Origin: an uncultured archaeon
GTDB lineage: Archaea; Asgardarchaeota; Lokiarchaeia; Sigyniarchaeales; SOKP01
NCBI GenBank assembly: GCA_964486045.1
Contig: CAZALK010000009.1
Span: 1 to 64,000 of the forward strand
Length of the DNA: 64,000 nucleotides
Direction of reading: 5' to 3'
Shown here: positions 19,910 to 30,220 of the stretch, piece after piece
Numbering within the stretch: the first letter of the stretch is position 1
Layout of the letters: each line of letters begins with the position of its first letter
Notes under the pieces: generated by a model
Told to the model about the DNA's origin: nothing
What the model saw: only the letters and a program-made list of their open reading frames with translations
The model's database searches: none
Position numbers and translations under genes: made by a program

Positions 19910-20132
19910 ATTAAATTCATTAATCGAATATTCCAAATGGAATAAGATTCGAAATATAAAATCTCTCAATCAAGCTTTCATTATTTTCATCTTGCTTCAA
20001 TATTTTTTTACTCGATTCACTAGATAAGATTTTTTTTAGATCTTCTATATTTAGAACATATTTTCCTTTTCAGTAGAATTTGAATGATGTTAAAGCCAGA
20101 GAAAAGGGTTAAAATCTTTTAAAATAATCATA

Positions 20133-20543
20133 CTAAACTTTGATTTTAGGCCCAGCTAAAAGATAGCCAACAACGATAGGAATTATTACAACTTTGAAAT
20201 TTAATAAAATTGATGGGAACCATAACTCTAATTCCAAGCGAAGAAGTCCGAATAAAACAATCAAGTCCATCAACAATAAAATTACATACCATGCTATTCC
20301 AGCTTCCCAAGCCGTACGTTTGTAGTTTTGTCCTTTATCTCTATAAACTAAAAATAATGCCAAGGCTAAACCAATCGCCACGAAAAATGTCTCGATACCA
20401 TTGATCCACAATAACCCATAAGGGTTGAGTAAAACTTCTTCCCCCGCGATAGCAAAAATGAAACCGCCTACTATAAATTTTATTACCCATATCATCAATC
20501 CAAACAATACAATTTTCACTCTTTGGTTCATAAAAATGATCAA
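20133..20543 (-). CDS. Small four-TM hypothetical membrane protein
   Basis: Four hydrophobic segments separated by short charged loops; no family recognised. Confidence 0.7.
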   Translation of the reverse strand: MIIFMNQRVKIVLFGLMIWVIKFIVGGFIFAIAGEEVLLNPYGLLWINGIETFFVAIGLALALFLVYRDKGQNYKRTAWEAGIAWYVILLLMDLIVLFGLLRLELELWFPSILLNFKVVIIPIVVGYLLAGPKIKV

Positions 20544-20900
20544 AGAATTAATACCTTTAAAATATTCTAATTTACTATATGTTAACTCGAATCGAAAGCG
20601 AAATTAATAAACTTAATGTTCCTATTATAGCCAAAAAAAACCAGTATATTGATTCTATTAAATTTTCAGCTCAGAATTACTATTTAATTTCGGGATTTCT
20701 TGCAAACAGCAAGTATGATAGTCAAATTTATCATCCGGCAAAATTTATTTGTATTTTTTTTATTATTATACTAAACCCAAAGAGTTTATACTTGATTTAT
20801 TTTGTGGTAGTAAAATAGGTATAGATGCGGGAAATGATTTTAATCGTAATGTTCTTGGTTTAGATTTTATAACTAGAAGAATTAGCAATAGATGCCGAAT

Positions 20901-22223
20901 TTAATTTTTAGTTAAGCCTATTAAATAAATCAACCCATCAGGAAGTTGTGCTTGCCAGGCAATATATTCGTGTCCACCTCTATATTCCTCGAAATAAAAT
21001 GTATATCCTTTTACCTGGAGCATTTTAAGAAAGCTCAAGACTTGAAACTTGGTGCGAGTTTCAAGGGTTCCGACGTTTATATAAAATTGTAATGGTAACG
21101 TTTCACTTTTTAAATACTGTTTGATAAGCCACTGGTCCTCTTTTTCATCTTCGTCTGTCCACCAACGCTCAAAATATTTTCCATAAAATTGTTGAATTCT
21201 TTTAAACCATATATTACCAGGAGTCCATCCAAAAAATCCAGATTGGGCTAAAATCTTACCAAAGACCTCTGGATACTTGTATCCAATGAACCCCGAGCCT
21301 AATCCTCCAGAGCTGCTCCCAATTAACATTGACTGTCTTGAATCAGATGTAATATAGTATTCTTTTTGAGCCCATGGTACTAGTTCCTTAGCAACAAAAT
21401 CTGCAAAAAATGGGGAACAATTTAAGTCCTTTCCCCTTTGAAACCCGCTATAGTTGTGGATAAATATAGCTACTACTTTTGGGATTTTATTCTTAGCTAT
21501 TAAATTGTCAAAAATTATCTGTGGCTTAGTAAACTCGAGAAATGCCTTTCCATCAAAAATAACCAGAAAATGATATCTTTCACCATCTTTATTGAAATCA
21601 TGTGGGGTATATACCCAAATTTTTCGATTCATTTTTAAAATATTACTATAAAAGTCTATTTCTTCTACTTTTCCAGACGGAATTGCTTCATTGTATTCTG
21701 ACCATTTCCGAGGTTTAGCATTAGGCATTTCAAGGACTGAATAATCGATTGTAAAACGCCTTCCCTCCCTACGATATCTTTGTACAAATCGTTTGGGATT
21801 AAAAGGATCAGGAGATAGAGTCTTTGCATTAACCATAACATTATCATAAAATCTGTTAAATCTGAGGGAGTTATTTTTACTTATAGAATAAATAGTAAGA
21901 GTTCCGTTTAGAACTTTAAAGGTTTTATAAAATACATTTGAATTTTCAATCTTCTCACAAACATTATTGGATATAACATCATCTTGATTTGCCAATGCTG
22001 TTATAATTACAACATTTCTTGTGTCTTCATCTCCTTTGACTATAAATGTCACTAATTTATAATTCTCATTACTTTCAATCGGTTCAATCAAAGGTGTTCC
22101 ATTTTCCTCAATTTTACGCCAAAAATCTTTTAGCACGGAAGTGATTCCAGATTTAATATCATTTCTTAATTTGGTTATTGTAGGGCTTATCAATTCTTTT
22201 CTCATGTTTAAATGATATTCCAA
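20901..22223 (-). CDS. Enterochelin esterase (Fes)-like alpha/beta hydrolase with N-terminal DUF3327-like domain
   Basis: FWRKIEENGTPLIEP..VTF, DPFNP, RKIWVYTPH, LVIFDG, IGSSSGGL nucleophile, AQSG, GGHEYIAW. Confidence 0.85.
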   Translation of the reverse strand: MEYHLNMRKELISPTITKLRNDIKSGITSVLKDFWRKIEENGTPLIEPIESNENYKLVTFIVKGDEDTRNVVIITALANQDDVISNNVCEKIENSNVFYKTFKVLNGTLTIYSISKNNSLRFNRFYDNVMVNAKTLSPDPFNPKRFVQRYRREGRRFTIDYSVLEMPNAKPRKWSEYNEAIPSGKVEEIDFYSNILKMNRKIWVYTPHDFNKDGERYHFLVIFDGKAFLEFTKPQIIFDNLIAKNKIPKVVAIFIHNYSGFQRGKDLNCSPFFADFVAKELVPWAQKEYYITSDSRQSMLIGSSSGGLGSGFIGYKYPEVFGKILAQSGFFGWTPGNIWFKRIQQFYGKYFERWWTDEDEKEDQWLIKQYLKSETLPLQFYINVGTLETRTKFQVLSFLKMLQVKGYTFYFEEYRGGHEYIAWQAQLPDGLIYLIGLTKN

Positions 22224-22315
22224 TAATGTTTTTAAAAAACACTCACTTTAGTTAACTAGTTACTTTATTCTAATGTAATAACGATGATAAACTTTTCTAA
22301 TTATGAGTAGGATGA

Positions 22316-24577
22316 TTGGTGTTGATCCAAGAAGATTTGATTAGTAAAATAGACAACCGAACATTATCCACATCAGATTTAACTGAATATTATGGAATTT
22401 ATACAAAAATTGCAAATGATTCAGAAAATGTCCAAGATTTTTGCAAAGATTGGAATGTTACTATCTTTTTTAACACAAAGAACAAAGCAGATCATTGGAT
22501 TAAAATAGAAAACAGCCAATTTTCCTTTGGAATGGGTAAAACTAACAATCCCGATGTAATATATAAAAGTACTATCAATGAATTTTTAAATATTTTGTTA
22601 TGGACTAACGATTACATTGTCTCACTTTTTTTTGGTAGATTGACAATCGAGGGAACCATTTCAGATTCTGATAAATTTATCTGGATTGATTCAAAAATTC
22701 GGGGCAAGATGTTAAGTACCATTAATAAACTTAAAACAAATCTTGAGGTAAAGGACAAATATACCTTAGTTTATAACGATTATCTTTTATTACAGCAAAG
22801 GCTTCGTGAAAAGTTGAAGAAATTTAGTGAATTTAGAGAAGTACCATGGTTTTTATCTAGCCAAGAAAGTAAGGATTCTATCGGACTCCGTATTGAACAA
22901 CGAGCAAGAGATTTCCCTGAAAGGATGATAATGTATTATGAAGAGGAGAAATATACAAATTTTAAGTTCAATTCATTTGTTAATCAATATGCTAACTATT
23001 TTTTAGATAAAGTAGGATTAAAAAAAGGGGATATTGCAGTTGTTTTCCTTGAAAATCGTTCAGAGATAATGTTTACGATTATAGCAATGGCAAAAATCGG
23101 TGTAATATCCTCATTGATAAATACTAGACAACAAGATCAATCTTTAATTCATTCCATAACTCATGCTCCTGGAAATGTTTTTATTATCGGAGAGGAGTTA
23201 ATCGATCCATTCTTAAGCATACAATCAAGATTAAATTTAACCGAGAATCAAGTACAAAACCTGTTTTTTGTGCCAGATAAAGGAATAATAAACACACCAG
23301 AAGGCTTTATTAATTTAAAGGAAGAAATTAAAGACTCTCCTATAGCTAACCCTCCAACAACTCCAGAGATACAGCTAAAAGTTCCTTACTGTTATATTTT
23401 TACATCAGGTACAACGGGATTACCAAAAGCTGCGGTTATCACTAATGGTCATACAATTGGTTCTGCTTTCTTTTGGGCATTTATTGTTATGGACATGACG
23501 CCTGAAGATGTTACTTACATTACAACGCCAATATTTCATTCTAATGCCATCAACATAGGGTTTGCATCAGTTTTAGGTGGTGGTGGTGCAATGGCTATTA
23601 GACGCAAATTTTCTGCAAGTAATTTCTTAAAAGATGCTAGAAAATATGGTTGCACTGCATTTAATTACGTTGGGGAGATCTGTCGTTATTTATATAACCA
23701 ACCTCCAAGAGATGATGATAAAGACCATCCTATAGTAAAATGCGCTGGAAATGGAATTAAACCAGAATTTTGGATGGATTTTAAGAACAGGTTTGGGATT
23801 GAGAGAATTCACGAACAGTATGGTGCGACTGAAAGATTTATCCCTAACTTTGCCAATATATTTAATCTTGATAAAACTGTTGGGTATTCCTCAGTTCAAT
23901 ATGCAATGGTTAAATATGATATCGGGAATGACGAACCTATGCGGGATAAGAATAATCATATGATACGTGTAGAACCCGGAGAGATTGGGTTATTAATCGG
24001 ACCAGTCGATCCAAAATCTTTCTACATGTATAGAGATAAGAAAGCAACTGAGAAGAAAGTTTTTCGAGATGTATTTATCGATGGGGATATGTGGGTAAAT
24101 ACTGGAGATCTTTTGCGAGATATAGGATTTAGACATGCCTTGTTCGCGGATCGCTTAGGAGATACTTATAGATGGAAGGGAGAAAACGTTTCATCTGAAG
24201 AAATGGAGATCTTAGTTAATTCATTTGATCAAATTGAGTATTCATGCGCATACGGTGTATTAATCCCTGGCACTGAAGGTCGTGCAGGGATGATTTCTTT
24301 TATTAAGAAAGGTGATGAAGAATTTGATTTCGATTCATTTTCGGAGTTTGTTAATGATAAAATACCAGCTTATGCTATTCCTATTTTCATACGTGTTAAA
24401 AAAGAATTTGCTACCACAGCAACGGATAAAATTCAGAAAGTTAAATTGAAACAGGAAGGGTATAACATCAAAAAAATTGAAGATCCAATATATGTCCTCC
24501 TCCCAAGATCTTCTAAATATATCCCATTGACAAAAAAAATCTATGAAGGAATTAAAGCTGGTGAGTATAGATATTGA
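22316..24577 (+). CDS. SCP2-like domain fused to FATP/very-long-chain acyl-CoA synthetase
   Basis: YIFTSGTTGLPKAA, FSASNF, YVGEICRYL, YGATE, TGDLL, FADRLGDTYRWKGENVS (FATP signature). The first ~130 aa are SCP2-like (HWIKIENSQFSFGMG..NPDVIY.....F.....GRLTIEG). Confidence 0.88.
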   Translation: MVLIQEDLISKIDNRTLSTSDLTEYYGIYTKIANDSENVQDFCKDWNVTIFFNTKNKADHWIKIENSQFSFGMGKTNNPDVIYKSTINEFLNILLWTNDYIVSLFFGRLTIEGTISDSDKFIWIDSKIRGKMLSTINKLKTNLEVKDKYTLVYNDYLLLQQRLREKLKKFSEFREVPWFLSSQESKDSIGLRIEQRARDFPERMIMYYEEEKYTNFKFNSFVNQYANYFLDKVGLKKGDIAVVFLENRSEIMFTIIAMAKIGVISSLINTRQQDQSLIHSITHAPGNVFIIGEELIDPFLSIQSRLNLTENQVQNLFFVPDKGIINTPEGFINLKEEIKDSPIANPPTTPEIQLKVPYCYIFTSGTTGLPKAAVITNGHTIGSAFFWAFIVMDMTPEDVTYITTPIFHSNAINIGFASVLGGGGAMAIRRKFSASNFLKDARKYGCTAFNYVGEICRYLYNQPPRDDDKDHPIVKCAGNGIKPEFWMDFKNRFGIERIHEQYGATERFIPNFANIFNLDKTVGYSSVQYAMVKYDIGNDEPMRDKNNHMIRVEPGEIGLLIGPVDPKSFYMYRDKKATEKKVFRDVFIDGDMWVNTGDLLRDIGFRHALFADRLGDTYRWKGENVSSEEMEILVNSFDQIEYSCAYGVLIPGTEGRAGMISFIKKGDEEFDFDSFSEFVNDKIPAYAIPIFIRVKKEFATTATDKIQKVKLKQEGYNIKKIEDPIYVLLPRSSKYIPLTKKIYEGIKAGEYRY

Positions 24578-24725
24578 TCTCTCTTGAAATGTGTTTTTAT
24601 GTGGTGTAATCTCTAATCCACAGATTTTTAGTTCAAGATTATAATTACCGAATAGTATCATTATAATTCATTATTTTAAAATAAATAACATTTTTTTTTT
24701 AAAACAACACAAAACCTTACCGATT

Positions 24726-24980
24726 ATGATAAACACCATACCAGATAAAATTCCTAAGGCGATTTTGGAAAATTTACCCAAATATGCAATTCCCCTTTTC
24801 ATACGTTTTCTATCCGAATTATCTACAACTAGTACTTTTAAAATTCAAAAGTCAAATATGAAAAAAGTTGGTTTTGATATTACTAAAACTAAGGATCCCA
24901 TATATGTTCTATTACCAAAAAGTTCAGAGTTTACACTTCTAAATGTTTCAGATATTATCAAAGAGGAATATAGATTTTAA
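24726..24980 (+). pseudogene. C-terminal relic of a second FATP-type acyl-CoA synthetase
   Basis: ENLPKYAIPLFIRFLSELSTTSTFKIQK...KDPIYVLLPKSS...EEYRF aligns with the tail of the upstream gene (DKIPAYAIPIFIRVKKEFATTATDKIQK...EDPIYVLLPRSS...GEYRY). It has no AMP-binding core. Confidence 0.8.
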
Positions 24981-25076
24981 AAAAGCTTATTTTACTTTAA
25001 CGAGAAATTTTAAAATGCCGTTAGATTTTATAAATTAATAAATTTTAAAGAGAATTAAATTGGTAATTGATGAAAA

Positions 25077-26210
25077 ATGTCAGATGCAGTAAATGAAAAG
25101 TATAAGCAAGCTGTTCAAGTAATCAATAGTGCTGGTGGTACTCCTGTTGCCATTAATGACATTACTGTTGCAATATTGAAACATATTATTTCAGAGGAGT
25201 ATTTAGACTTTATAATGGCATTTAAGAAGAAAAGATCACAGACTATTGAACAGGTAAAAGAAAGCAGTGGGTTGTCTGAGGAAGAAATTAATCGAAATGT
25301 AGAGGAATTAGCCAAAAAGGGTTTAATCTTAAATCAACCAAGTCGTTCAGGTTTAATGATACTTAGGTTAATGCCATTTGTAAATGTAGGTGTATTTGAA
25401 TACACATTTATGAAAAAACTCGAATATAATGACTGGGAGAAAGAATTAGCTCGATTATTTGCAAAATTAAATAAAGGATCAAGAGATCGAATGATGGCTA
25501 ATTACGATTATGTAGTTAATAATTTCCTTCCAACAATGCCACCAATAGACAGAACGGTGCCTTTTACAGAGAATTTAGAGACTGGAAGCGAGATAAATAT
25601 CCTCATTGATAAAGAATTAGATGTACCAGAAGAAAAGATATTACCTGCTCAAAAAGTTGAAGAGATAATAGCTAAATTTGATGATATTGCAGTAGGCCAT
25701 TGTTATTGCCGTCATCACGAGGATTTATTAGGAAATTCTTGTAAACAAACTGAATTACGAGAAAATTGTTTTACGTTTGGAAAATCCGCTCGTTATACCA
25801 GTGAACAAGGTTTTGCTAGAATGATTTCTAGGGATGAAGCTCTGGAAATTTTAAAAAAATCTGAAGAAGATGGTTTAGTACATAAAGCTTATCATCCAAA
25901 CTTTGATTTCAAGCGAGATGAAGATAGTATTTGCAATTGTTGTACAGATTGTTGTGGTCAAGCAAAAGGTATAACAGCTAATCTTTCAAATTATCTGGCA
26001 CGAGTTGATAATGAGCTATGCACGGGATGTGGGATATGCGTTGATAAATGCTATTCCGGTGCTATGGAATTAAACGATGCAGGAAAAGCAGAACCTACAG
26101 ATGATATTTGTATCGGTTGCGGAATATGTGCGTCTGTTTGTCCTGAAGATGCTGTCTCCTTATTCGAGAAAAATAGAATAGTAAGACTTGCTCCTCCCCG
26201 TCAAACTTAG
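25077..26210 (+). CDS. 4Fe-4S binding protein with N-terminal winged-helix-like region
   Basis: IAVGHCYCRH, CFTFG, EEDGLVH, ICNCCTDCC and two CxxCxxCxxxC ferredoxin motifs (CTGCGICVDKC, CIGCGICASVCP). Confidence 0.85.
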   Translation: MSDAVNEKYKQAVQVINSAGGTPVAINDITVAILKHIISEEYLDFIMAFKKKRSQTIEQVKESSGLSEEEINRNVEELAKKGLILNQPSRSGLMILRLMPFVNVGVFEYTFMKKLEYNDWEKELARLFAKLNKGSRDRMMANYDYVVNNFLPTMPPIDRTVPFTENLETGSEINILIDKELDVPEEKILPAQKVEEIIAKFDDIAVGHCYCRHHEDLLGNSCKQTELRENCFTFGKSARYTSEQGFARMISRDEALEILKKSEEDGLVHKAYHPNFDFKRDEDSICNCCTDCCGQAKGITANLSNYLARVDNELCTGCGICVDKCYSGAMELNDAGKAEPTDDICIGCGICASVCPEDAVSLFEKNRIVRLAPPRQT

Positions 26211-26327
26211 AATAATCATTTTTTTATTTTTTATTTTTAATGTGAAAGTTATTTAATTTTATAATTGTAATGATGCAATAATAGAGATTCTGGGCTATCT
26301 CATAAAAGGTACAAAAGGTGAAGAGGA

Positions 26328-28166
26328 ATAAGAGAATCTAACCAAAATTCAAATATAATTTCCACATTATACTCAGAACCAAAAATAAAATCACCTTTAA
26401 TAAAACTTCTTATATATTTACGACCACATTTGGTAAAGGTTATCTTGATTTTCATTTTACTTACGATGTCATCTCTAATTATTTTAATTCCACCTTTTTT
26501 AATGGGGCTAGCAGTGGATGAATTTATAGCAACAAATAATCTTATAAAAATTGGATTAATTTGTTTAGAACTAATAGGGATAAGTATTATAGGTGCATTA
26601 GTTTCTTACTTTCTTAAATATAAAACAGGCTTTGTAGGAAGATATGTAGTAAAAGATATTAGATTAGATCTATTTTCACATGTAAACAAATTTTCCTTTG
26701 CTTATTTTGATGAAACTAGTACAGGAGATATTATTTCTCGAATTATGTCTGATTCACAAGAAGTTATACAATTTTTGACTAATAGCCTTATCGATTTATT
26801 AATAAACATAGTTGTATTATTTGGGATTTTATATATAATGTCTATTTGGAATATTTACTTCTTTTTTATTGTCTTATTTTTATTTCCTTTAATTATTTTT
26901 AGCCAATACATATATGTAAAAAAGGTAACTCCCGCCAAAAAACGAATTATGGTAGCAAACTCTACATTAACTTCTGCTACTCACAATATCGTTGGTGGAT
27001 TACAAGAGGTAAAATTATATGCTCGAGAAGAATATATGGGGGGAATTTTTAATAAATGGAATAAAGAATATTACGATGCAGTTATGGAATCAACAAAATA
27101 TAACGCACTTTGGATACCTTTCATTCCTTTAATAGTTTCATTATCAACAGCATTAATTTTATTACTCGGAGGTTTAACAATAATAAATGGGACATTCACA
27201 ATAGGCTCTTTACTCGCTTCTCTTGGTTATATGGCAATACTTTCTATACCAATAAACTCAATTGCATCATTTGTAAGTAATGCTAATTCTGCAGGAATCG
27301 CAGCAGAACGTATATTTATGATTCTAGATATTAATCCTAAAATTTCAGACAGTCTAGATGCAATCGAGTTAAATAATTTAGATGGCAAAATTGAATTTAA
27401 AAATGTTAACTTCCATTATAAAGAAAGCAATATAGTTCTTTCAAATATAAACTTAAAAATTAATCCTGGAGAAGTTATTGCATTTGTAGGACCATCAGGT
27501 GTTGGGAAGACTACTTTGTTACATTTATTACCTCGATTTTATGATGTAGTTGATGGGGAAGTATGTATTGATAATATTAATATAAAAAATATTAAACTTG
27601 AATTTTTAAGGAAAATAGTAGGTATTTCAATGCAAAATATATTTCTTTTTGATGGAACTATAATGGAAAATATTATATTTGGTAAAGATGATGCCACAAT
27701 TGAAGAGATCAAAAATGCCGTTCGTATCGCTCAATTAGACAAATTTATTTCATCTTTACCAATGGGGTATGACACAAATATTGGTGAACGAGGTATAAAG
27801 TTATCTGGAGGTCAATCCCAACTGTTAAATTTAGCGCGTGTTCTTGTTACTGATCCAAAGATCCTGATCTTAGATGAACCAACTGGCCATATGGACGCAC
27901 TTACTGATGAGAGATTAATCAACTCAGTGAAAAGAGCAATGAAAGGAAGAACTACTTTAATTATTGCACATAGACTTTGGACAATACATAGTGCAGATAA
28001 AATTGTAGTTCTACGAGATGATAAAATAGAAGCAATAGGTTCTCATAATGATCTTATTCAAAATAACTCATTTTATCAAGAATTCTTTGCAACACAATTT
28101 AATACAAAAACCATGAATAAACAAGAAAATTTGGGTGGGGATTTGCGACGAAAAAGAACATCATAA
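26328..28166 (+). CDS. ABC exporter half-transporter (TMD+NBD), subunit A
   Basis: Six-TM domain, GPSGVGKTT, LSGGQ, ILILDEPT, IAHRL. The track starts at TTG 26430, but the frame is open from 26322 and an ATA at 26328 lies 6 nt after AGGTGA. Confidence 0.88.
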   Translation: MRESNQNSNIISTLYSEPKIKSPLIKLLIYLRPHLVKVILIFILLTMSSLIILIPPFLMGLAVDEFIATNNLIKIGLICLELIGISIIGALVSYFLKYKTGFVGRYVVKDIRLDLFSHVNKFSFAYFDETSTGDIISRIMSDSQEVIQFLTNSLIDLLINIVVLFGILYIMSIWNIYFFFIVLFLFPLIIFSQYIYVKKVTPAKKRIMVANSTLTSATHNIVGGLQEVKLYAREEYMGGIFNKWNKEYYDAVMESTKYNALWIPFIPLIVSLSTALILLLGGLTIINGTFTIGSLLASLGYMAILSIPINSIASFVSNANSAGIAAERIFMILDINPKISDSLDAIELNNLDGKIEFKNVNFHYKESNIVLSNINLKINPGEVIAFVGPSGVGKTTLLHLLPRFYDVVDGEVCIDNINIKNIKLEFLRKIVGISMQNIFLFDGTIMENIIFGKDDATIEEIKNAVRIAQLDKFISSLPMGYDTNIGERGIKLSGGQSQLLNLARVLVTDPKILILDEPTGHMDALTDERLINSVKRAMKGRTTLIIAHRLWTIHSADKIVVLRDDKIEAIGSHNDLIQNNSFYQEFFATQFNTKTMNKQENLGGDLRRKRTS

Positions 28167-28208
28167 GAGGGCTCTTTGTTTTCGATAAATAGGTTAAGGT
28201 GATAATAA

Positions 28209-30023
28209 ATGTATAAATCTGGCAAAAAAGCGTACAAAGTAATGTTTATTAAAGAAATGAGACAAGAAAATATAAAATTCACTAAAAAAGATTTCCAGAT
28301 CTTAATTCCTCTAATTACACAAAGTAAAAAAATTATAATAATCGCACTAATAATTGCTGTAATTTCATCAACTTTCAATCTTGTACCTATAATTGTTCAA
28401 AAAACAATAATTGATGATCTTATTCTTAGGGGTAATGAAATGGGATTAATTATATTCTCAATTTTATTAATAATTGTATTTATTTTGCAATGGTTAATTA
28501 CATATATAAAAACTCGTTCTATTCGAAATGTCTCTCAAAAAATTGTTTTTAACCTTAGATCTGTTGTATTTAATCGAATTTTATCTCTTTCATTAAAACA
28601 AACAAACGAAACTAAGAAAGGAGAATTACTTTCAGTAGTTATGAATGATGTTAATGTCTTATCTTCTTCTGTTGCATCAGGAATAATTGTCTTTTTTACT
28701 GATATCATTACACTAATTGGACTTACTCTTGTAATGATATTTTTAGACGTAATTTTGACTTTAATTGCATTATCAATTTCATTTATAATAGTTTTTAGTA
28801 GTAGACGATATAGAAAGAAAGTACGTGGAACGTGGTTGAAAGAACGTGAAAGTGTTGCTCAAATTAACTCAAATATTGAGGAAGCTTTATCTGGTATACG
28901 TGTTGTAAAAGCACTGGCAGTAGAATCAAAAAAAGAAAATGAGTTTCTACAATTAAATAAAAAGAATTTTGATATTACTATGAAGGGAACCCAGTTATCT
29001 GCTTCATTCTCTGCACTAATTTCAATATTTACTACATTACTGATTGTTTTTGTTATATTCATTGGTGGAATCCTTTTTTATTTTGGAAATATATCTTTAG
29101 GTGACTTTATAATATTCTATCTCTATACAACGCTCTTTATTCAACCTATTAAAGGTCTTTCTGGAATCTATACTACTTTTCAAATAGCTGTAATTGCCGT
29201 TAAGCATATTACAAAATATTTAGAGAAACCAAATGATATTCCAGAACCCAAAAATCCAATACCACTACCTATTCCATTTAATGGAAGAGTTGAATATAAA
29301 GATGTATCATTTAGCTATACAAATGAACCTTTCATTGAGAATTTAAATTTTATTATTAACTCTGGAGAACAAATTGGAATTGTAGGAGAAATGGGCGCTG
29401 GAAAAACTACTCTTATAAAATTAATTAACCGTTTATATGATGTAACAGCAGGATCCATTTTATTAGATGGTATTGATGTTCGCGATTTAAGTAAAAAAGA
29501 ACTTAGAGAAACAATTGCTGTAGTTTCTCAAGATACTACTATTTTTGCTGATACAGTTAAGAATAATTTACTTTTTGGGAACCCTGAAGCGACTGATGAA
29601 CAAATTATCGAAGCAGCAAAATTGTCTCATGCACATAAATTCATTCAAACATTACCAAAAGGTTATGATACTGTATTAGGTGATATGGGAACTGGACTTT
29701 CAGGAGGACAAAAACAATTATTAGCATATACAAGATTAATTCTTGCAAAACCAAAAATAGCTATTTTAGATGAAGCCACTTCTAATCTTGATTCTTACAC
29801 AGAAAACCTTATTCAAGAAAACATGAAGAAAGTTTTAATCGGTTGCACTACAATAATAATTGCTCACAGATTCGCTACTATACAAGATGTAGAACGTTTA
29901 ATTTTAATTGACAATGGCAGCATTAAAGCTGTAGGATCTCATGAAGAAATTTATAAAAATAACAAATTTTATAGGGATTTATATGATATCCAAAGCAGTA
30001 AGTTCTCATCGAGAAATTTATGA
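28209..30023 (+). CDS. ABC exporter half-transporter (TMD+NBD), subunit B of a probable heterodimer
   Basis: Six-TM domain, GEMGAGKTT, LSGGQKQ, ILDEATSNLD, IAHRF. RBS AGGTGA at 28197-28202. Confidence 0.92.
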   Translation: MYKSGKKAYKVMFIKEMRQENIKFTKKDFQILIPLITQSKKIIIIALIIAVISSTFNLVPIIVQKTIIDDLILRGNEMGLIIFSILLIIVFILQWLITYIKTRSIRNVSQKIVFNLRSVVFNRILSLSLKQTNETKKGELLSVVMNDVNVLSSSVASGIIVFFTDIITLIGLTLVMIFLDVILTLIALSISFIIVFSSRRYRKKVRGTWLKERESVAQINSNIEEALSGIRVVKALAVESKKENEFLQLNKKNFDITMKGTQLSASFSALISIFTTLLIVFVIFIGGILFYFGNISLGDFIIFYLYTTLFIQPIKGLSGIYTTFQIAVIAVKHITKYLEKPNDIPEPKNPIPLPIPFNGRVEYKDVSFSYTNEPFIENLNFIINSGEQIGIVGEMGAGKTTLIKLINRLYDVTAGSILLDGIDVRDLSKKELRETIAVVSQDTTIFADTVKNNLLFGNPEATDEQIIEAAKLSHAHKFIQTLPKGYDTVLGDMGTGLSGGQKQLLAYTRLILAKPKIAILDEATSNLDSYTENLIQENMKKVLIGCTTIIIAHRFATIQDVERLILIDNGSIKAVGSHEEIYKNNKFYRDLYDIQSSKFSSRNL

Positions 30024-30061
30024 AAACAAATTAGATGCAAAAAATTATTTTTCAGAAAATT

Positions 30062-30100
30062 TTGCTCCTCCTCGTTCTATCTATGAATAATTACTTTTTA
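30062..30100 (+). repeat. Degenerate copy of the 3' end of the 25077-26210 Fe-S gene (APPR tail plus downstream T-rich sequence)
   Basis: ttgctcctcctcgt...gaataattacttttta at 30062 versus ttgctcctccccgt...gaataatcatttttt at 26188. It translates as FAPPRSIYE* versus LAPPRQT*. Confidence 0.5.
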
Positions 30101-30220
30101 TTTGTTATTTTCCTTTTATACAATCGAGATTATTTAAAAAAAAAATAGAGAAATTCAATATAAAACTTTATCACTAGTAATAAGGTAGAGTGAAAAAGAT
30201 CATAAAAAATATTTAAATCT

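Noticed and set aside
19921-20070. Minus-strand open frame GKYVLNIEDLKKILSSESSKK…IPFGIFD*
   Set aside because: No start codon and no recognisable homology. It could be a relic, but this cannot be supported.
20579-20818. 79-aa intergenic ORF
   Set aside because: Low-complexity, AT-rich translation with no RBS or motif; probably spurious.
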